DNA of 64,000 nucleotides from Eledone cirrhosa (lineage: Eukaryota), in NCBI GenBank assembly GCA_964016885.1, contig OZ024742.1:305412001-305476000 (forward strand), written 5' to 3'. The notes below the pieces were generated by a model that had not been told where the DNA came from, did no database searches, and worked only from the letters and a program-made list of their open reading frames with translations. Made by a program: the position numbers and the translations under genes. Positions 12,748 through 27,410 of this stretch are shown one piece after another (within the stretch, counting starts at the first letter, position 1; every line of letters starts with the position of its first letter).

Positions 12748-15700
12748 TATTTCTTTTATTTGCCACTAGGGCATCAAAAGTGGGACAAGTACAAAGGGGG
12801 GAGTTTACACAAAAAGGCGTCCTCAATAAGGAGAAGGCAATAACAAAATATAAAAATAAAATAAGATATAACAAAAAATAAAATTTTTAACAAAATCCTC
12901 AATAGAGAGGAGGCGCCTTGGGGGGTCGCACACACCCCCGAAAAAAGTGTGCAACCCTTCTCCTCAGGAGCACAGAGAAGGGGTGCTCCCTTGGTCTTTT
13001 ATCTTCCTCACCTATAGTCTGATGTAGAGTGAAGGCCCATTCACACGGGCCATTCTCGCCACTTTCACCCATCTTTCATAGAAACGGCTGGGGTGCAGCA
13101 CCTCTCTCTCCATCCTGATCCTTCTTCCGAAATGATATCGGAAGAAACGGACCAGTTGTTGGCCAGAGAGAAAGGTGCCCGACCTCAGTCCTTTCAGACG
13201 CGTCCACCATACAACCTCTTTCGCCATGGCTATTACGCACAGAAACACCGCCTCTGCTTCATCTTTGAAGGGGGGAGGCGGCTTGATCATTACAATCGAC
13301 TCGGTGGTCAACCGGATCGGTCCCACCCTTGACAGCAGTTGTTCGACATAGCCCCACAGATCGGCTACGCCCGAGCAGTGTACTAATGCGTGTGCAACGG
13401 TTTCCTCGTCGCACACGCATCTGGGACAGATCTTTTTGGCGGGGTCCCTACCCGGGCGCCCGTGTCTGTAGAGCCTTTCTCGAACGGGTAAAGCCCCTCG
13501 GTAGCACTGCCAGGCCAGGGACTTCTGGAAGTTGTCCATAGGTCCCGGGCTGAATGTCCTACCGAACAGGCTGGCCAGTTCGTCCTCCTCCATGTCTAGG
13601 GCTTCTCCGAGGGCGTCGTCGCACCTGCTGCGTACCAGCCCTCTATAGAATGTTGCGGTGGAGTCTCCACTGATAACCGGATCCGCCTGCCAGAGGGCGG
13701 TGAGCGCCTGGGCACACTCAGTGTGCCAGGCGCCCAGTTTTCTCGGTCTTTGCTTGACCCAGGATTGCAGCTCGGTGAGTGAGACGAGTTTGGGAAAGGT
13801 TCGTCTCACAAACGAGGCCCACACCGGTTGTCCGGTGAGGAATACGTAGAGGTGCCGTAGCCTTAATGCGTGTTTACGCATCATTAGCCACGGCATCCCC
13901 AGCCCTCCTTTCGAAGGGTGTTGACAGCAGATGGATCTCCTCACCATAGGAGCCCGCCTCTTCCAAAGGAATTGGAAGAGCGCGCGCTCCATCTTGGTGA
14001 GGGTTTCCCTTGGGCAGGGCACTACGGTCAGGCGGTAGTAGATGACGGACGCTATGTAGGTGTTCGCCACCTCCGCCCGACCTTTCAGGGATAGTTTGCA
14101 ACTGGCCCACTTCTGGGTCAGTGCAAACACCCTGTTCGTAACCTCCGCCCAGTTTTTCTCCACCTGGAGGTCCGGTCCGAACCAGACCCCGAGCAACTTC
14201 ACCGGGCCCTCCGTCCAGCGTCCGACGACGCTATCGGAGGGCATCGGTCTGCCCCTCCACGTGCCGAGTTGCAAACCGATCGACTTGTCCCGGTTCAGCT
14301 TAGCCCCTGTGAACTTTTCGTACTCCTCCAGTAAGGTGCCGACCGCCTCGATTTCGGAGGCCGTCGACACCATTACTGTCACGTCATCGGCGTAGGCCGA
14401 CACCGCTTTCCGCAATCCCGGTTCCAAAGGGATGCCCTGCAACAACTCCAACTTCCGCAGTAGTGGCTCGAGAGTCAACACATACAGAAGGGAGGAGAGA
14501 GGGCACCCTTGTCGGATGGACCGCGCGATTTTGAACGGCTCCGAGAGGTAGCCGTTCACCTTGACCCTAGAGCAGATGCGGCTGCTGTGCATAGCAGTGA
14601 TCCAGCCCCTGAAAACGGGTCCGAAGCCTGCCGCCGCTAGCACCGCATCCAGGTAACCATGGTCGACCCTATCGAACGCCTTAGATTGATCCAAGTTGAT
14701 CAGAGCCCCACCAAAGCCGGGTTCGTTCCCAACCCTCTCTATGATGTATCGCATGAGGTGGAGGTTGTCATGGATGGACCTGGACGGGATAGCGCATGTC
14801 TGCGCATCTCCCACCAGGTTGCCCACGACAAGCGCCAACCTCTTTGCTAGCACCTTGGCCAAAATCTGTAACTCTGTATTTAGCAGTGTTATGGGCCTGA
14901 AGTTACTTATTTCGTCCCCCTTGTTCTCGTCCTTCCTCACTAGCGTGACTACGCCCTTGGTCACAGTACAGGGAATTCTCCCGTTCTGTTGCCAGTTGCA
15001 GTAGACCGCCTCGAGGAGATCGGGGAACAAGTCCGGCATAGCTAGATATAATTCGTAAGGAAGACCATCGAGACCCGGGGATTTGCGTTTGCCGCATTGG
15101 CTCAGCACGTCCTCTATCTCAGCGGCCGAAATCGGCTCCTCGCAGGACTTCGCCTCCCTGTCCGAGAGGCGCGGCAGGCCGTCGAGGTATGGACCGAAAT
15201 CCACGTTCCCAACCGGCTCCCCGCCCCTCCCGAACAGTCGGGCAAAGTGCCTTTGAAAGGCCTCACACATCTGCTTAGGCTCAAGAATCGCCCGTCCATC
15301 CAGGTCTTGCAAAGACCGGATGGTGGATTTAGTTCCACTGTTGGCCTCTGTCACGCGGGCCCAGCTAACAGCTTTGGTCCCCTCGTTCCCTAGAGCACGT
15401 ATTTTACTTCGGACAACGCAGCCTTCGTGCTTCGCGTCGAAAAACTGGCTCAACGCCGTTCTCGACGCTAGCACTCTGGCCACGTCGCCGCTTCTAATTG
15501 CCTCTTCTACTCTATCTATTAGCTCCCTTTCCTTCCTATTCCTATCCGCAGCTAGAACCTTACTAAATTCTATCGAGACTACTCTAATCTCTCTCTTTAG
15601 AGATACCCACCACCTGCTGTTGACGATCGCTCCAGTCAACCGTTCCTTAACTAACGTACTAATCCGATTCCTGTAGGCTCTACTTGCCGGCAAGGACAAG

Positions 15701-16178
15701 TTGAGCTTCCAGTAACCGGGGCCCTGTCTATGAGTTCTGTCAAGGTTGACCATGCAGGTCACTAATTTGTGGTCTGAATAGCCAACAATGCGCATTTTTG
15801 GACAACTTAAAAAGTCCTTATCCTTAATTCTAACTAAGAACCTATCTAGGTACGACCTAGATGATCCGCTACGATTTGCCCAAGTCCAGGTTGGCGCAGT
15901 CGGAAAATCTAGTCGATATCTATCGGCCAGGTCAAATCGACCGATTAACCCTTTGAGGCTATTACACCCCTCTCTATCGGGGCAGGCCCCTACGTAGTCC
16001 CAGCGTGCATCTAGGATACCATTCCAGTCCCCCACTAATAGCAAGGAGCGGGACGTCCCTAGAAAAGTCTCCAGACGATGGAAGAAGTCCGGCCGCATTG
16101 ACCCGAAAGGGCCGTAGGCGGCTACCAACCTAAACGCTCCGCCTTTACCACTGCCAAGGTCCAGAACCACTAGTCGAC
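12748..16178 (-). mobile_element. Tx1/L1-clade non-LTR retrotransposon, 5'-truncated
   Basis: GC-rich island containing ORF2, a ~260-nt 3' UTR with AATAAA (12755-12760, -), and a candidate TSD ATAGATA at 12741-12747 and 16179-16185. Confidence 0.95.
13012..16176 (-). CDS. ORF2 polyprotein: partial APE endonuclease, reverse transcriptase and C-terminal CCHC knuckle (~1054 aa, no native start)
   Basis: APE motifs GDWN, SYLDRF, YSDH; Tx1-type GPGYWKLN; RT motifs [36 protein letters not shown]; [15 protein letters not shown]. The first ~73 aa of the tracked ORF are flanking microsatellite. Confidence 0.95.
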   Translation of the reverse strand, partial: RLVVLDLGSGKGGAFRLVAAYGPFGSMRPDFFHRLETFLGTSRSLLLVGDWNGILDARWDYVGACPDREGCNSLKGLIGRFDLADRYRLDFPTAPTWTWANRSGSSRSYLDRFLVRIKDKDFLSCPKMRIVGYSDHKLVTCMVNLDRTHRQGPGYWKLNLSLPASRAYRNRISTLVKERLTGAIVNSRWWVSLKREIRVVSIEFSKVLAADRNRKERELIDRVEEAIRSGDVARVLASRTALSQFFDAKHEGCVVRSKIRALGNEGTKAVSWARVTEANSGTKSTIRSLQDLDGRAILEPKQMCEAFQRHFARLFGRGGEPVGNVDFGPYLDGLPRLSDREAKSCEEPISAAEIEDVLSQCGKRKSPGLDGLPYELYLAMPDLFPDLLEAVYCNWQQNGRIPCTVTKGVVTLVRKDENKGDEISNFRPITLLNTELQILAKVLAKRLALVVGNLVGDAQTCAIPSRSIHDNLHLMRYIIERVGNEPGFGGALINLDQSKAFDRVDHGYLDAVLAAAGFGPVFRGWITAMHSSRICSRVKVNGYLSEPFKIARSIRQGCPLSSLLYVLTLEPLLRKLELLQGIPLEPGLRKAVSAYADDVTVMVSTASEIEAVGTLLEEYEKFTGAKLNRDKSIGLQLGTWRGRPMPSDSVVGRWTEGPVKLLGVWFGPDLQVEKNWAEVTNRVFALTQKWASCKLSLKGRAEVANTYIASVIYYRLTVVPCPRETLTKMERALFQFLWKRRAPMVRRSICCQHPSKGGLGMPWLMMRKHALRLRHLYVFLTGQPVWASFVRRTFPKLVSLTELQSWVKQRPRKLGAWHTECAQALTALWQADPVISGDSTATFYRGLVRSRCDDALGEALDMEEDELASLFGRTFSPGPMDNFQKSLAWQCYRGALPVRERLYRHGRPGRDPAKKICPRCVCDEETVAHALVHCSGVADLWGYVEQLLSRVGPIRLTTESIVMIKPPPPFKDEAEAVFLCVIAMAKEVVWWTRLKGLRSGTFLSGQQLVRFFRYHFGRRIRMEREVLHPSRFYERWVKVARMARVNGPSLYIRL

Positions 16179-16276
16179 ATAGATAGATAGTGAGAGAGAT
16201 GGGGGAGATGGTCGTAGATATACATAGCTGTTTGCAGTGTATGTGCGTTATTAAGGGAAATATGTTTGTGTGCGCG

Positions 16277-16375
<99 letters not shown>

Positions 16376-17436
16376 GTAGTACGCGGATGTAAGGACACAT
16401 ATAAATATATATATATACATACATACGTGCCTAGTTACATATGTACGTAAGTACATATAAACAGACATACATAGATATTATGTAGTGGTTCAGTGTCAGT
16501 AAGAGTTGGTTTTCGTGTGTACATGTTTGTGTATATATTTGTGTGTGTGTGTCTATGTACATATTTGCGTGTATGTAGATATTTGTGTTTATATTTTGCA
16601 CGTGAGTGCAGATTTGCTTGTGTATCTACATGTGTGTATGTCTACATATTTGTGTGCGTATATGTGTGCATGTGCGTGAATATATTCAAATATATATATG
16701 TATATTTGTGTGTGTCTACATATTGGTGTTTGTGTATCCATATTTTTTGGTGTGTGTGTGGGTATTTGTGTGAGTGTGTGTGTGGAGGGGGGGGGGTGCA
16801 TATTTGTATTTACATATTTGTAAGTGCGTATGTGTGCATATTTCTGTATGTATGTATGTATGTATGTATGTATGTATGTATGTATGTATGTATGTATGTA
16901 TGTGTGTATTTATATATGCATTAGTATGTGTGAATGTGAATAATTATGAATTATGTCTTTATCGGTAACCTCTGTGAGACTGACTTGGAAGAAATTGTGT
17001 TGATACAGCAACAGCAATACAAGAGAGTCTATACAGCAATAGCAATATAAGAGAGACAACTCAAAGGAAACTATAATGGGGATATTTCTAGAGATATGGT
17101 AAGATATAATGGCGTTGACTTAAGTGGTTTATAACCAGGGGCCACCTCTCTCAATGTTAATCACAAATTCACTGATATACACTTATATGTTACTAATGTT
17201 TTTTTTAATGAAATCATTGTTATTGTTTGGAGACAATATTTATTTTCATTTCGAACTTATTCACATACAAATAGATATCAACTAACAAATAAACACGCAT
17301 ATATATACACATGCACTCAAATATTATATGTGTGTATCTTGGTATATATATATATATATATATATATACACGTGTGTGTGTGTGTTTATGTAAATTGGTG
17401 TTTCGATGTATAGAGGTACATATATATGTTCACGTG

Positions 17437-17495
<59 letters not shown>

Positions 17496-17769
17496 GGAAT
17501 AGAATGAAATGAAATTTCATTTCACACTCTTAGTACGGCACTTACTTAAATGTAAGTATGTATGTATGTATACGTACATACATATATGTATACAGACGTA
17601 CATTAGTATGTATATATATACATACATGCACACATATATGCACGTATCGGTTTACCGAACATTTATTATAATGCTGGGTTTGTTTGTTTGTAAACAAACA
17701 AACAGCCCGAATTACGCCGTACAGTGTTTAGGCAACCACGTCACCTTTTTGTTCAACACTGACACAGGA

Positions 17770-17812
17770 ACGATGTACTAGTTTCAAGCTTATTAGCTAT
17801 CGTCAGCATCGT
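17770..17812 (-). ncRNA. Minimal type-I hammerhead ribozyme
   Basis: Minus strand reads acgatg-CTGACGA-t agct aata agct t-GAAA-ctag-TA-catcgt: perfect 6-bp stem I, 4-bp stem II with a U-U closing mismatch, palindromic stem III ctag. Confidence 0.8.
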
Positions 17813-17954
17813 GTACCTTTCTGCCAGATGGTTGAACGTCTGAAAGTATATACTTTCCTTATGCATATTAACAGCTGAGCAGCCTAATTTGCATATCGAG
17901 TGAGTTCAGTCGGCCAGGCACACCGAAAACGATAAATGGAATAGAATATATACT

Positions 17955-17986
<32 letters not shown>

Positions 17987-18061
17987 CATAGTAATAATAA
18001 TAAATTTGAAGACTAAAATAAACACACTTACACACACATATATATATATATATACATAGAT

Positions 18062-18122
<61 letters not shown>

Positions 18123-18169
18123 CATACATAGTAATAATACTAAATTTGAAGACTAAACTAAACACACAT

Positions 18170-18250
<81 letters not shown>

Positions 18251-18424
18251 GATACACACACACAGACATATATATATATATGCATATACACACATATTTA
18301 TATATATATATATACCTGTATATACATACTCCACACACACAGACATCTATATATGTAGATGCATACTCACACACCTACATACATATATATATATATGTAT
18401 ATATTCGCATGAGCGCGTGTGTGT

Positions 18425-18520
<96 letters not shown>

Positions 18521-20014
18521 CGTCCAGCCAGCGCCAGTGGACAGATGCGGACATATCGATGTCTTTGTACATAAATTTGTTACGCAATTACAAAGATTCG
18601 TTTTCGATCGCACTTCAGTACAGCAATAGTAAATATACACTGTCGATGTCTTTTCTGGGCTAAATATTTGTGAATCAAATTTGATTCTGGAAGATCACAT
18701 GTACGGCCGTCCAGGTGAGGTTATTGAATTCTTGAACTAAGATGAAGCTACTGCCACTCAATAGATTCCCTCTATACTTTCATTGAATCAATTGACAAAA
18801 TACTGGCGGCAAACTGTTTTCAAGGGTTTGGAAATTATATAAATTTTGCAGGCTAAGACGAATAGAAAACGAAGCGCTGATCATACACATTTATGGGAAC
18901 ACATTTGTTTCTACTTAGTTTAAAGCTTTTAACCTAAAATGTGGAGAATTTCTTTTTTAATCTCACATCTAATCAAACATTCATGTCTTTAAGAAACAAT
19001 ATAATCTGCCCTTGTATTAATATCAAACTTGATTCATTTGAAGCCACTTAAAAAAAGTGAGACTTTTTTACGGTACTGCACTTTATTGACCTCTAGCTAA
19101 AGATTGATGAATGAAAAAGAAATATGTGTATGCATGTCATATATTCAAGATAACATTGCAAATCACACATACATACATAACTTCATATTCTAGTGCTCGC
19201 TTTCTTCATTTAGAAATATGACATGGTTAGATGAATTTGATCAACATTGCTTTACATCTTACGTTTATCAGATTCTGCGTAATGTGATAGTCCAAATAAC
19301 CACTCAAGTCAATCCTAATGTTGAGCATATTTGGTGTGATCTCCAGTTGACATTTGTTGTACAGGTAAGGTAATGTGGATGTGAGCAAGTTAAAGTAACC
19401 TGGGTATAGCTGATACGTTCAGAATTTCACTTTACAAGCATGAACCTCTGGTCTTGATTCCATTAAGGAACATCTTAGGCAAGAGTCATTATTTTAATCC
19501 CGGATCCACCAGAGCTTTTCAAATAAAATTGTGCAAACAGAAACTCTGGGGAAACCCGTTGGATGGAATATACCAACAATACAAAGCTCCATGTTTGATA
19601 TTATGTCTCACGGGCTCGGCTTGTAAACTATATTAAGAATACCTCTGTTTGTGCAATACTCAACTACTTATAAGATGATTAAAGAAAATGTTGTTCAGTT
19701 GATAGAAAAACCTAATGCTCATTTCGTAACCGACGGAGGAGCAAATGTCATAAATGTTAATAAGAATTATCGGATCGTTTCTTAATATTATTAAGTTGTT
19801 TACCTTAATGTAAGATGAACAACAACATCCCATCCCAGCATCTTAATGATTCAGCCAAGCGAGGATGTGAACAGAAATATATTCTTAACGAATCATTCTC
19901 ATGATATATTTCTGTGATCCAACATTATCTTGTTAAAGAATTAGTCAATTGTTTTACTGCTAGAAATATACATAAATATATAAATATATATTTATATACA
20001 TACATATGTAAGTG

Positions 20015-20065
<51 letters not shown>

Positions 20066-20101
20066 GTAAGTGTGTATATATGTGTGTGCGTGCGTGCGTA
20101 C

Positions 20102-20170
<69 letters not shown>

Positions 20171-20623
20171 CATTGAACATCTGAATGTTTCTAGATCAAT
20201 GTTTTTGAAATGTAATGTAGAATTACTCGCATTCATTCACAAAGGCATTACTAAACCCGAACACGTAGAAATATGCGTACGTGCTATTAAGTGATTGGAT
20301 CCATAAACTTTTCACTCCCACACACGCTTCCTTTTCTCATTGAAACATTTTACTCTCTCGCGCACACACGCTCTCTCTCTCTCTGTGACATACACATCTC
20401 CATATAAATTCCCATCTCTCACTCTTTCTCCCCTACTCTTTATTTCTCTCTGTCGTGTATGTTTGTAAATGTGTCTCTACACGTTCAACTGTGTTAGTGC
20501 GCTAAATTATTAATGGCAGGTTTGTTATATATATATAATTTGTGTTGGTGCTCTAAGACTGTGTGTGTGTATAACTGTCTTAAAGCACCAACACAAATTA
20601 TATATATACACACACACACACAT

Positions 20624-20701
<78 letters not shown>

Positions 20702-21108
20702 TGTATATTGAATAATATACTGGATGTTTAAGAGAAGCATTTGAAAGCTTTTCGCTATGAATTTTTAAGGTTGTACACAACGTCGCAACTTAATCTCAGC
20801 AAAAGCAAGGGGAAGTAATCCACAACGCGTTGTTTCTGTCTCGTTAGTGTTTATCAAGACTACTTTTGCTGAGATTGAAATAGGCTAGAATTGTTTGCTT
20901 ATGTATATAAGCTGATGAAGCTCGTTTGCATACGTAGTGGTAACCGGCTCGGCTTGTGTCTGTGAGTGTGGTTACATATATTAACTACAGTCTTTTTATC
21001 ACATATCAGATACATACATGATGCTATACAGGTGTGTGTTCATTTGTGTCTTTCTATTTGCATAAACCGTTTAGTTTTTTTTCACTCTTTTTCTTTTGTT
21101 TACTCCTT

Positions 21109-21178
21109 TCTTCTTCTTCTTCTTCTTCTTCTTCTTCTTCTTCTTCTTCTTCTTCTTCTTCTTCTTCTTCTTCTTCTT
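21109..21178. repeat. (CTT)n microsatellite
   Basis: Pure CTT run; a second at ~42316-42405. Other trinucleotide tracts are (CTA)n at 29513-29570, 34536-34589, 48952-49023 and 50207-50257. Confidence 0.97.
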
Positions 21179-21977
21179 TATTATTATTTTTATATTTTAT
21201 TAAGAAAAATTATGATAATAAAAATAATATCAGCTGATTTTCGAACTGCTCCCAACAAAAGAGTCTGAAACCTTCACTTACACTCTCACATACTTACACA
21301 TAACATATTCACTTTATATATTTAAGTACACTATATATTACCACCACATATACATACACACACACACAAAATATTTTTCAGCTCAGCTATAATTTACTAT
21401 TATTATTACTGTTGTCATCAATATATTTTTTTTTCACCCCCCCCCCCCCCCCAGCTCTAGTTTGTTATTAGTGTGTTGTAAGTCATTTTTCTTTTATTGT
21501 TGTCTCCCTTGTTTTCTCATGGCATTTGTTTGCTCTTTTATATTGTTTCTTTCTTACCTTCTTTCTTTTCGATCTATTTTTATCTTTAATATATAACATT
21601 TCTTTGAGTTTTCTGTGTTTTTTTCCTTTACTATACTTTACATATTTCCTCCTTTTAAGATTTTCACTGATTTCTTAGTTTTTATATGTTGTTGTTGTTG
21701 TTGTTTTTAATGTTTTGCCAACACAAAATACGGCAATAAATATAGTAACACAAAAAGACAAAAAATAAATTACTTAAAAACAATGTACGCTCCCGCACAC
21801 AGACACACACACACACACATACACACACATATATATATTTATATGTATGTATATATATATGTGTGTGTATGTATATGTGTATATATATATGTATGTAAAT
21901 GTATGTACATGTATGCATATATATATATATATCACGATACATTAACGGAGCCATATATATATGTGTATGTATGTATA

Positions 21978-22016
<39 letters not shown>

Positions 22017-22020
22017 CACG

Positions 22021-22070
<50 letters not shown>

Positions 22071-22298
22071 TTCATATGAGCGTTATATATGGTTATGTGC
22101 ATATATGATAAAAGAGACCCCTCCACCAAATATGTAAAGAATAGTAAGAGTAAAAATACCTAACTATATATAAATGAAATATGAAAGGAAAGACGGAAAA
22201 AATATATTGTAGACACACTCATTCACACACATACATACAGAAATGTACTTTATGTGTATATTCTAGTGTATCTACATTTTCTTGTCTCTACATGAGAA

Positions 22299-22381
<83 letters not shown>

Positions 22382-22482
22382 GTACACAGGAATATATATG
22401 TGTATTTAAATATATAAACTAGAGTGTCTGAACTCGTGTGCATAATTGTGTATGTGTACCTTTGTGTGCTATATATAAATAA

Positions 22483-22547
<65 letters not shown>

Positions 22548-22635
22548 AATATACACACACACACATATATATAGGGTTGTATATACACATATATATATAT
22601 AGGTTTGTCTGTGTACCTTTGTGTGTGTATATATA

Positions 22636-22690
<55 letters not shown>

Positions 22691-22693
22691 CAC

Positions 22694-22731
<38 letters not shown>

Positions 22732-23143
22732 GGTTTGTACAATGTTGTATACACACTCAGGTGGCTACATAATGCAAACGTCTACATATGTGTGCGTTAT
22801 TTTTTAGTTTGTACATCGATGGCTGTATTTTTATAGTTTGTTGTCATTTTTACAATCTAATAATAAATATGTATAAGCGAGTGCCAGCCAGTCAGCTATG
22901 TGGTGTGAGAGACTGGGGGAGAAAATGTGGAGGTGTAGGAAGAGGACGTGCGTGTAGGAGTAGTGCGGGGTTGGGGAGTATTACAATCTAGAACTGACTA
23001 GTATTTCTGCTAAAGCAATGCCTTAGAAAATGAGCAAAGAATTGAAATGGTGTGTGTTCAGAAAAGTAAAGTAACTCCAAGAACAAACAACAGAGATAAC
23101 AATAATATCAATAATAATAACAACAACAACAACAACAACAATG

Positions 23144-23175
<32 letters not shown>

Positions 23176-23190
23176 CACAACAACTATAAT

Positions 23191-23518
23191 AATAATTGTT
23201 TCTACTTTTTGGGCACAAGGCCAGCAATTTTCAGTACATTACTGGTACTTTATTTTATCGCCCCTATAAGGATGAAAGGCAAAGTGAACCTCGGTGGGAT
23301 TTGAACTCAGACCGTAAAGGGACGTAACTATGCTGGAAAGCATGGCGTCCGACTCTCTACCGATACTGCCAATCCACCACCCTTTATCAAATCCACAAAA
23401 ACTATAATAATGTTTTTACTTTTGGCACAAGGCCAGTAATTACCCAGTGCATTACTGGTACTTTATTTTATCGACCCCGTAAGGATGAAAGGCAAAGTCA
23501 ACCTCGGCGGGATTTGAA
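23191..23518 (-). mobile_element. Two adjacent S1 SINE copies (full 23191-23382; 5'-truncated 23405-23518)
   Basis: Both carry actggtactttattttatcg(a)cccc.taaggatgaaaggcaaagt.aacctcgg.gggatttgaa, and their tails abut (AAT)n. Confidence 0.9.
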
Positions 23519-23718
23519 TAATAGTAATAATTATGAAGTAGAGAAAATGGTTTGGGGAAGAATATATGTGGAAGGAAAAAGTCTTTTTTTTTTCCATATG
23601 TCATATGTAATATTAATGTCGGTCTCAATATGGATACAGGCATGTGTGTGTGTTTATGCTTCAGAGTGTGAATGTATTTGAGAGATCTAGATATAAGTGC
23701 ATGTGCATAGTTGCGTAC

Positions 23719-23764
<46 letters not shown>

Positions 23765-23779
23765 GTATATATATGTATG

Positions 23780-23810
<31 letters not shown>

Positions 23811-23873
23811 ATATGTATGTATTTATATATATATATTTATATAAATATATATATATGTATATATATATATACA

Positions 23874-23918
<45 letters not shown>

Positions 23919-23943
23919 GTGTGTGTATGTATATATATATATG

Positions 23944-23977
<34 letters not shown>

Positions 23978-23979
23978 CT

Positions 23980-24010
<31 letters not shown>

Positions 24011-24024
24011 TATTTATATAAATG

Positions 24025-24107
<83 letters not shown>

Positions 24108-24321
24108 GCTATTTCAATCGAATTTACGCTTGAAAGACAATGGAAATATGTGAAAACTTGTCTTTATGTGTGTGTGTGTTTGTGTGTATTAGTATGTGTC
24201 AGTATGCGTGTTAGTAGGTCTGTGATGGTACGTTTGTATGTAATTGCCCCAATGTTCGTTTATCAATGGAATTTTACGGTTGTGACAAATATACAGCAAA
24301 TGACAGGAGTGGATGCATGTT

Positions 24322-24353
<32 letters not shown>

Positions 24354-26814
24354 GCAGAAGAAGACTTAAGTCGGAATAAAATCAAGAAACGAAAGAAGAG
24401 TTAGGATGATGATAATGATGAGGATGATGATGATGATCCAATAATCATTTCTTTATTTGACACAAAATGTTGATGATGATGAATTTTTAATAAGAAAAAA
24501 TGGTATTCAGTTGACAAGATATGAAGAGGATAGTGATGAGGGTTTCAGTGATGCTTATGATGATGATGATGGTGACCGAATACACAGCAAATAAAGGGAA
24601 AATAAAATATATTGTTGTTAAGAACAAGAACAACAACAAAAATGATACCAAATATAAAATATAAAAAGTAGAAATTTTAATGAAATCTTTTGAAACAAAA
24701 AGTAAAAAATGGTAAATTCCTCTACAAATATAATAATAGAAATTTGGAATAAATAATATATTTCAATAGGAAAGTAGTTGAGATATAAAAATTAGTGCAT
24801 AATTCCAGGGATTGCCGGTTGTGAAATATTTTTTCGGGCTTCTTTTATTTTTCACGTCGCCATCATTCCTCTTCGTATTTTTTCTATAGCTAGGAACCAA
24901 AATAATATTAACACACTGGATTACTTTTCGTGATGCTGCTGCTACATGTTTCATACCTTTTTTTTTTATCTATTCATTGTACTTTTATTTTTTTACAGAC
25001 TCTGATTTATATTTTGGAAGTTTTATATATTTTTATCATTTTAAGAAATTGTTGTTGTTGACTGTTTTACATTTCTACTTTATTTATTTATATTATCGTT
25101 AACTTATATTCTGATTTCCTTCGTTTTTGCTGTCTATAATATAATATAAGCAACAAAACTGCTTCCAACAACAACACCTCAAACTACAACAACAACAACT
25201 GCAACAATGGATACAACAGTACTTACAACAAATGCAAAACAACACCTCCAAACAACAAAAATGAGCATAATCCATTTGCTTTCAAGTGCATTGATATGTT
25301 GTCTATGGATGTTTTTCTTTCTTTTCTTTACATATGAATTCTTGAACACATATATACATACATATATATGTATAAATCTGATTGTTTATGCCTATTTTCC
25401 CAAATATATATGTGGCTGTTTTGTGCGCGTATATCTCATTTTTTTTGTGTATAATATAACTTACGTAGACGTTTACATGGTAGGCACGTTGTTGTGTGTA
25501 TATATATATATAGAAAGAGAGAGAGTGAGATAGTGGGGGAGAGAGATACGGAGAAAGAGAGAGCTAGAGAGATATTCAGATTCATAACATGTTTTAGATT
25601 TTCAATTTAAATAATTAAACTTACCACCCAACATCAATCATCATCGTCAGTTACATATGTTTGTTTTAGAGTTACGTAATATATGTTATTAAAAGCTACG
25701 TATAAGCTACAAAATATATATCTATAGTCGCACGCAAATACATTCATGCATATATCTCATGGCTCATCATATACAAGTATAACAGATACCAAACTGATCA
25801 AACACTTGTATGCATATTGTACATAATACATGTAACCTATGTATGTAATATATATATATATGTAATGTATATATGTAACATATGTATGCATGTAACTTAT
25901 GTATGTATGTATGTATGTATGTATGTATGTATGTATGTATGTATGTATGTATGTATGTATGTATGAATGTATCTTTGTCTTTATGTATGTATGCTTGTAT
26001 TTATGTATGTATCTATATATGCATCTATGTGTAGGAATTTCCGTGATTTCTGCCAAGAGCAGAGAGATTGTTCTTTGTGTTATTTCTAGCTTGAAATTTG
26101 CAGATTTGACAAATATTCAAATTTCTTAGAACTAGCAGCTTTTATGTGTGCGCGGGTTTCATCTTAAACATTTATTTGAATACAAATCGTTATTTTACAA
26201 AAGTATTGAACAATATATCAGGATATTGTCTCTGTTTCTTAAATTTTATGATGTACAGAAAAAAGTAAGACATCAAACATTTGTAGAATATCCTTGCTGC
26301 AATTATGATTAGAATTTAAATGAAATCTGAAGTGTAAGGACGTTTAACTATTGACTGAACACCGAGAAACAGCGATTATCCTTCTGGCTGCAATTCAGGC
26401 GTTATTCTGTGTTCATCAGAAAATAACTACCAATAAGATTCAACGTACGGTGGTATATATTGCTATAGCAACACTATATATGCCATAAAGAATAGAGAAA
26501 CCAATTGGAATTTCAGTCTAATTTGCATGACTTTAAAAAAGGACGGATAGACGAAAACATAGGCTTATTTGACACACACACACACACACATACACATATA
26601 TATATGCACACATACACAGATATATATATATGACTTCTACAATACTAGATATGTTTCATTCGTATGAAATCATTAGGACATTCCTGATAGAAACAGTTCT
26701 AGTCATTTAGAAGTAATTTCTACATATAATAAAGATGGCTCTATTCTACCAACGTACTGCGGACCTTTTTTAACTGTTAACACCACAAATACACACAGAC
26801 ACACATACACATAC

Positions 26815-26891
<77 letters not shown>

Positions 26892-26894
26892 ATA

Positions 26895-27195
26895 ATAAAA
26901 TAACAGGAGGCTGGACTTGTGTAAATCCTTGAAAGGTTTATTATACTATGATCATTTCAATGACCGGGTTCCGTATGAGGGCGACCGACTAAAGTAGAAG
27001 ATGCTAGATGGTCGGTCGTCCTCTTGTCTATGATTTTCAGCCCATGGATTTTATCTGTTATATTCCTTTGTTCCTTTGTTATATTTCTAATACCGGATGA
27101 TATCACCGGATTCATACGGAACCCGGTCATTGAAATGATCATGGTATAATAAACCTTTCAATGATTTACACAAGTCCAGGCACCTGTTATTTTAT
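26895..27195. mobile_element. Fold-back element with 84-bp inverted arms carrying hammerhead motifs
   Basis: 26895-26978 pairs with 27112-27195 (few mismatches). The right side reads atac-CGGATGA-long stem II-GAAA-tgatca-TG-gtat-aataaa; the left arm on the minus strand has GAAA-tgatca-TA-gtat. The left end abuts (TA)n. Confidence 0.8.
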
Positions 27196-27338
27196 AATAA
27201 TTAACTCCGTACTCGCATTTCCAACTACACAAACGAAGACGAGTGAGCTGCATTACGTTGAGTACTTTCCATAATATTACATCGAGATTGACCATACGGA
27301 ATGACCAATTCTATCCAGTGGTGAACCAACAAATCTAA

Positions 27339-27405
<67 letters not shown>

Positions 27406-27410
<5 letters not shown>

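Noticed and set aside
12920-12990. CTGAGGA between two hairpins in the Tx1 3' UTR as a hammerhead
   Set aside because: No GAAA after the second hairpin and no stem III.
13093-15997. Multiple plus-strand ORFs within the Tx1 element
   Set aside because: Antisense shadows of a GC-rich coding region.
16177-16398. N-terminal 73 aa of the 1128-aa ORF
   Set aside because: Flanking microsatellite read-through with a non-ATG start; the element is 5'-truncated within the endonuclease.
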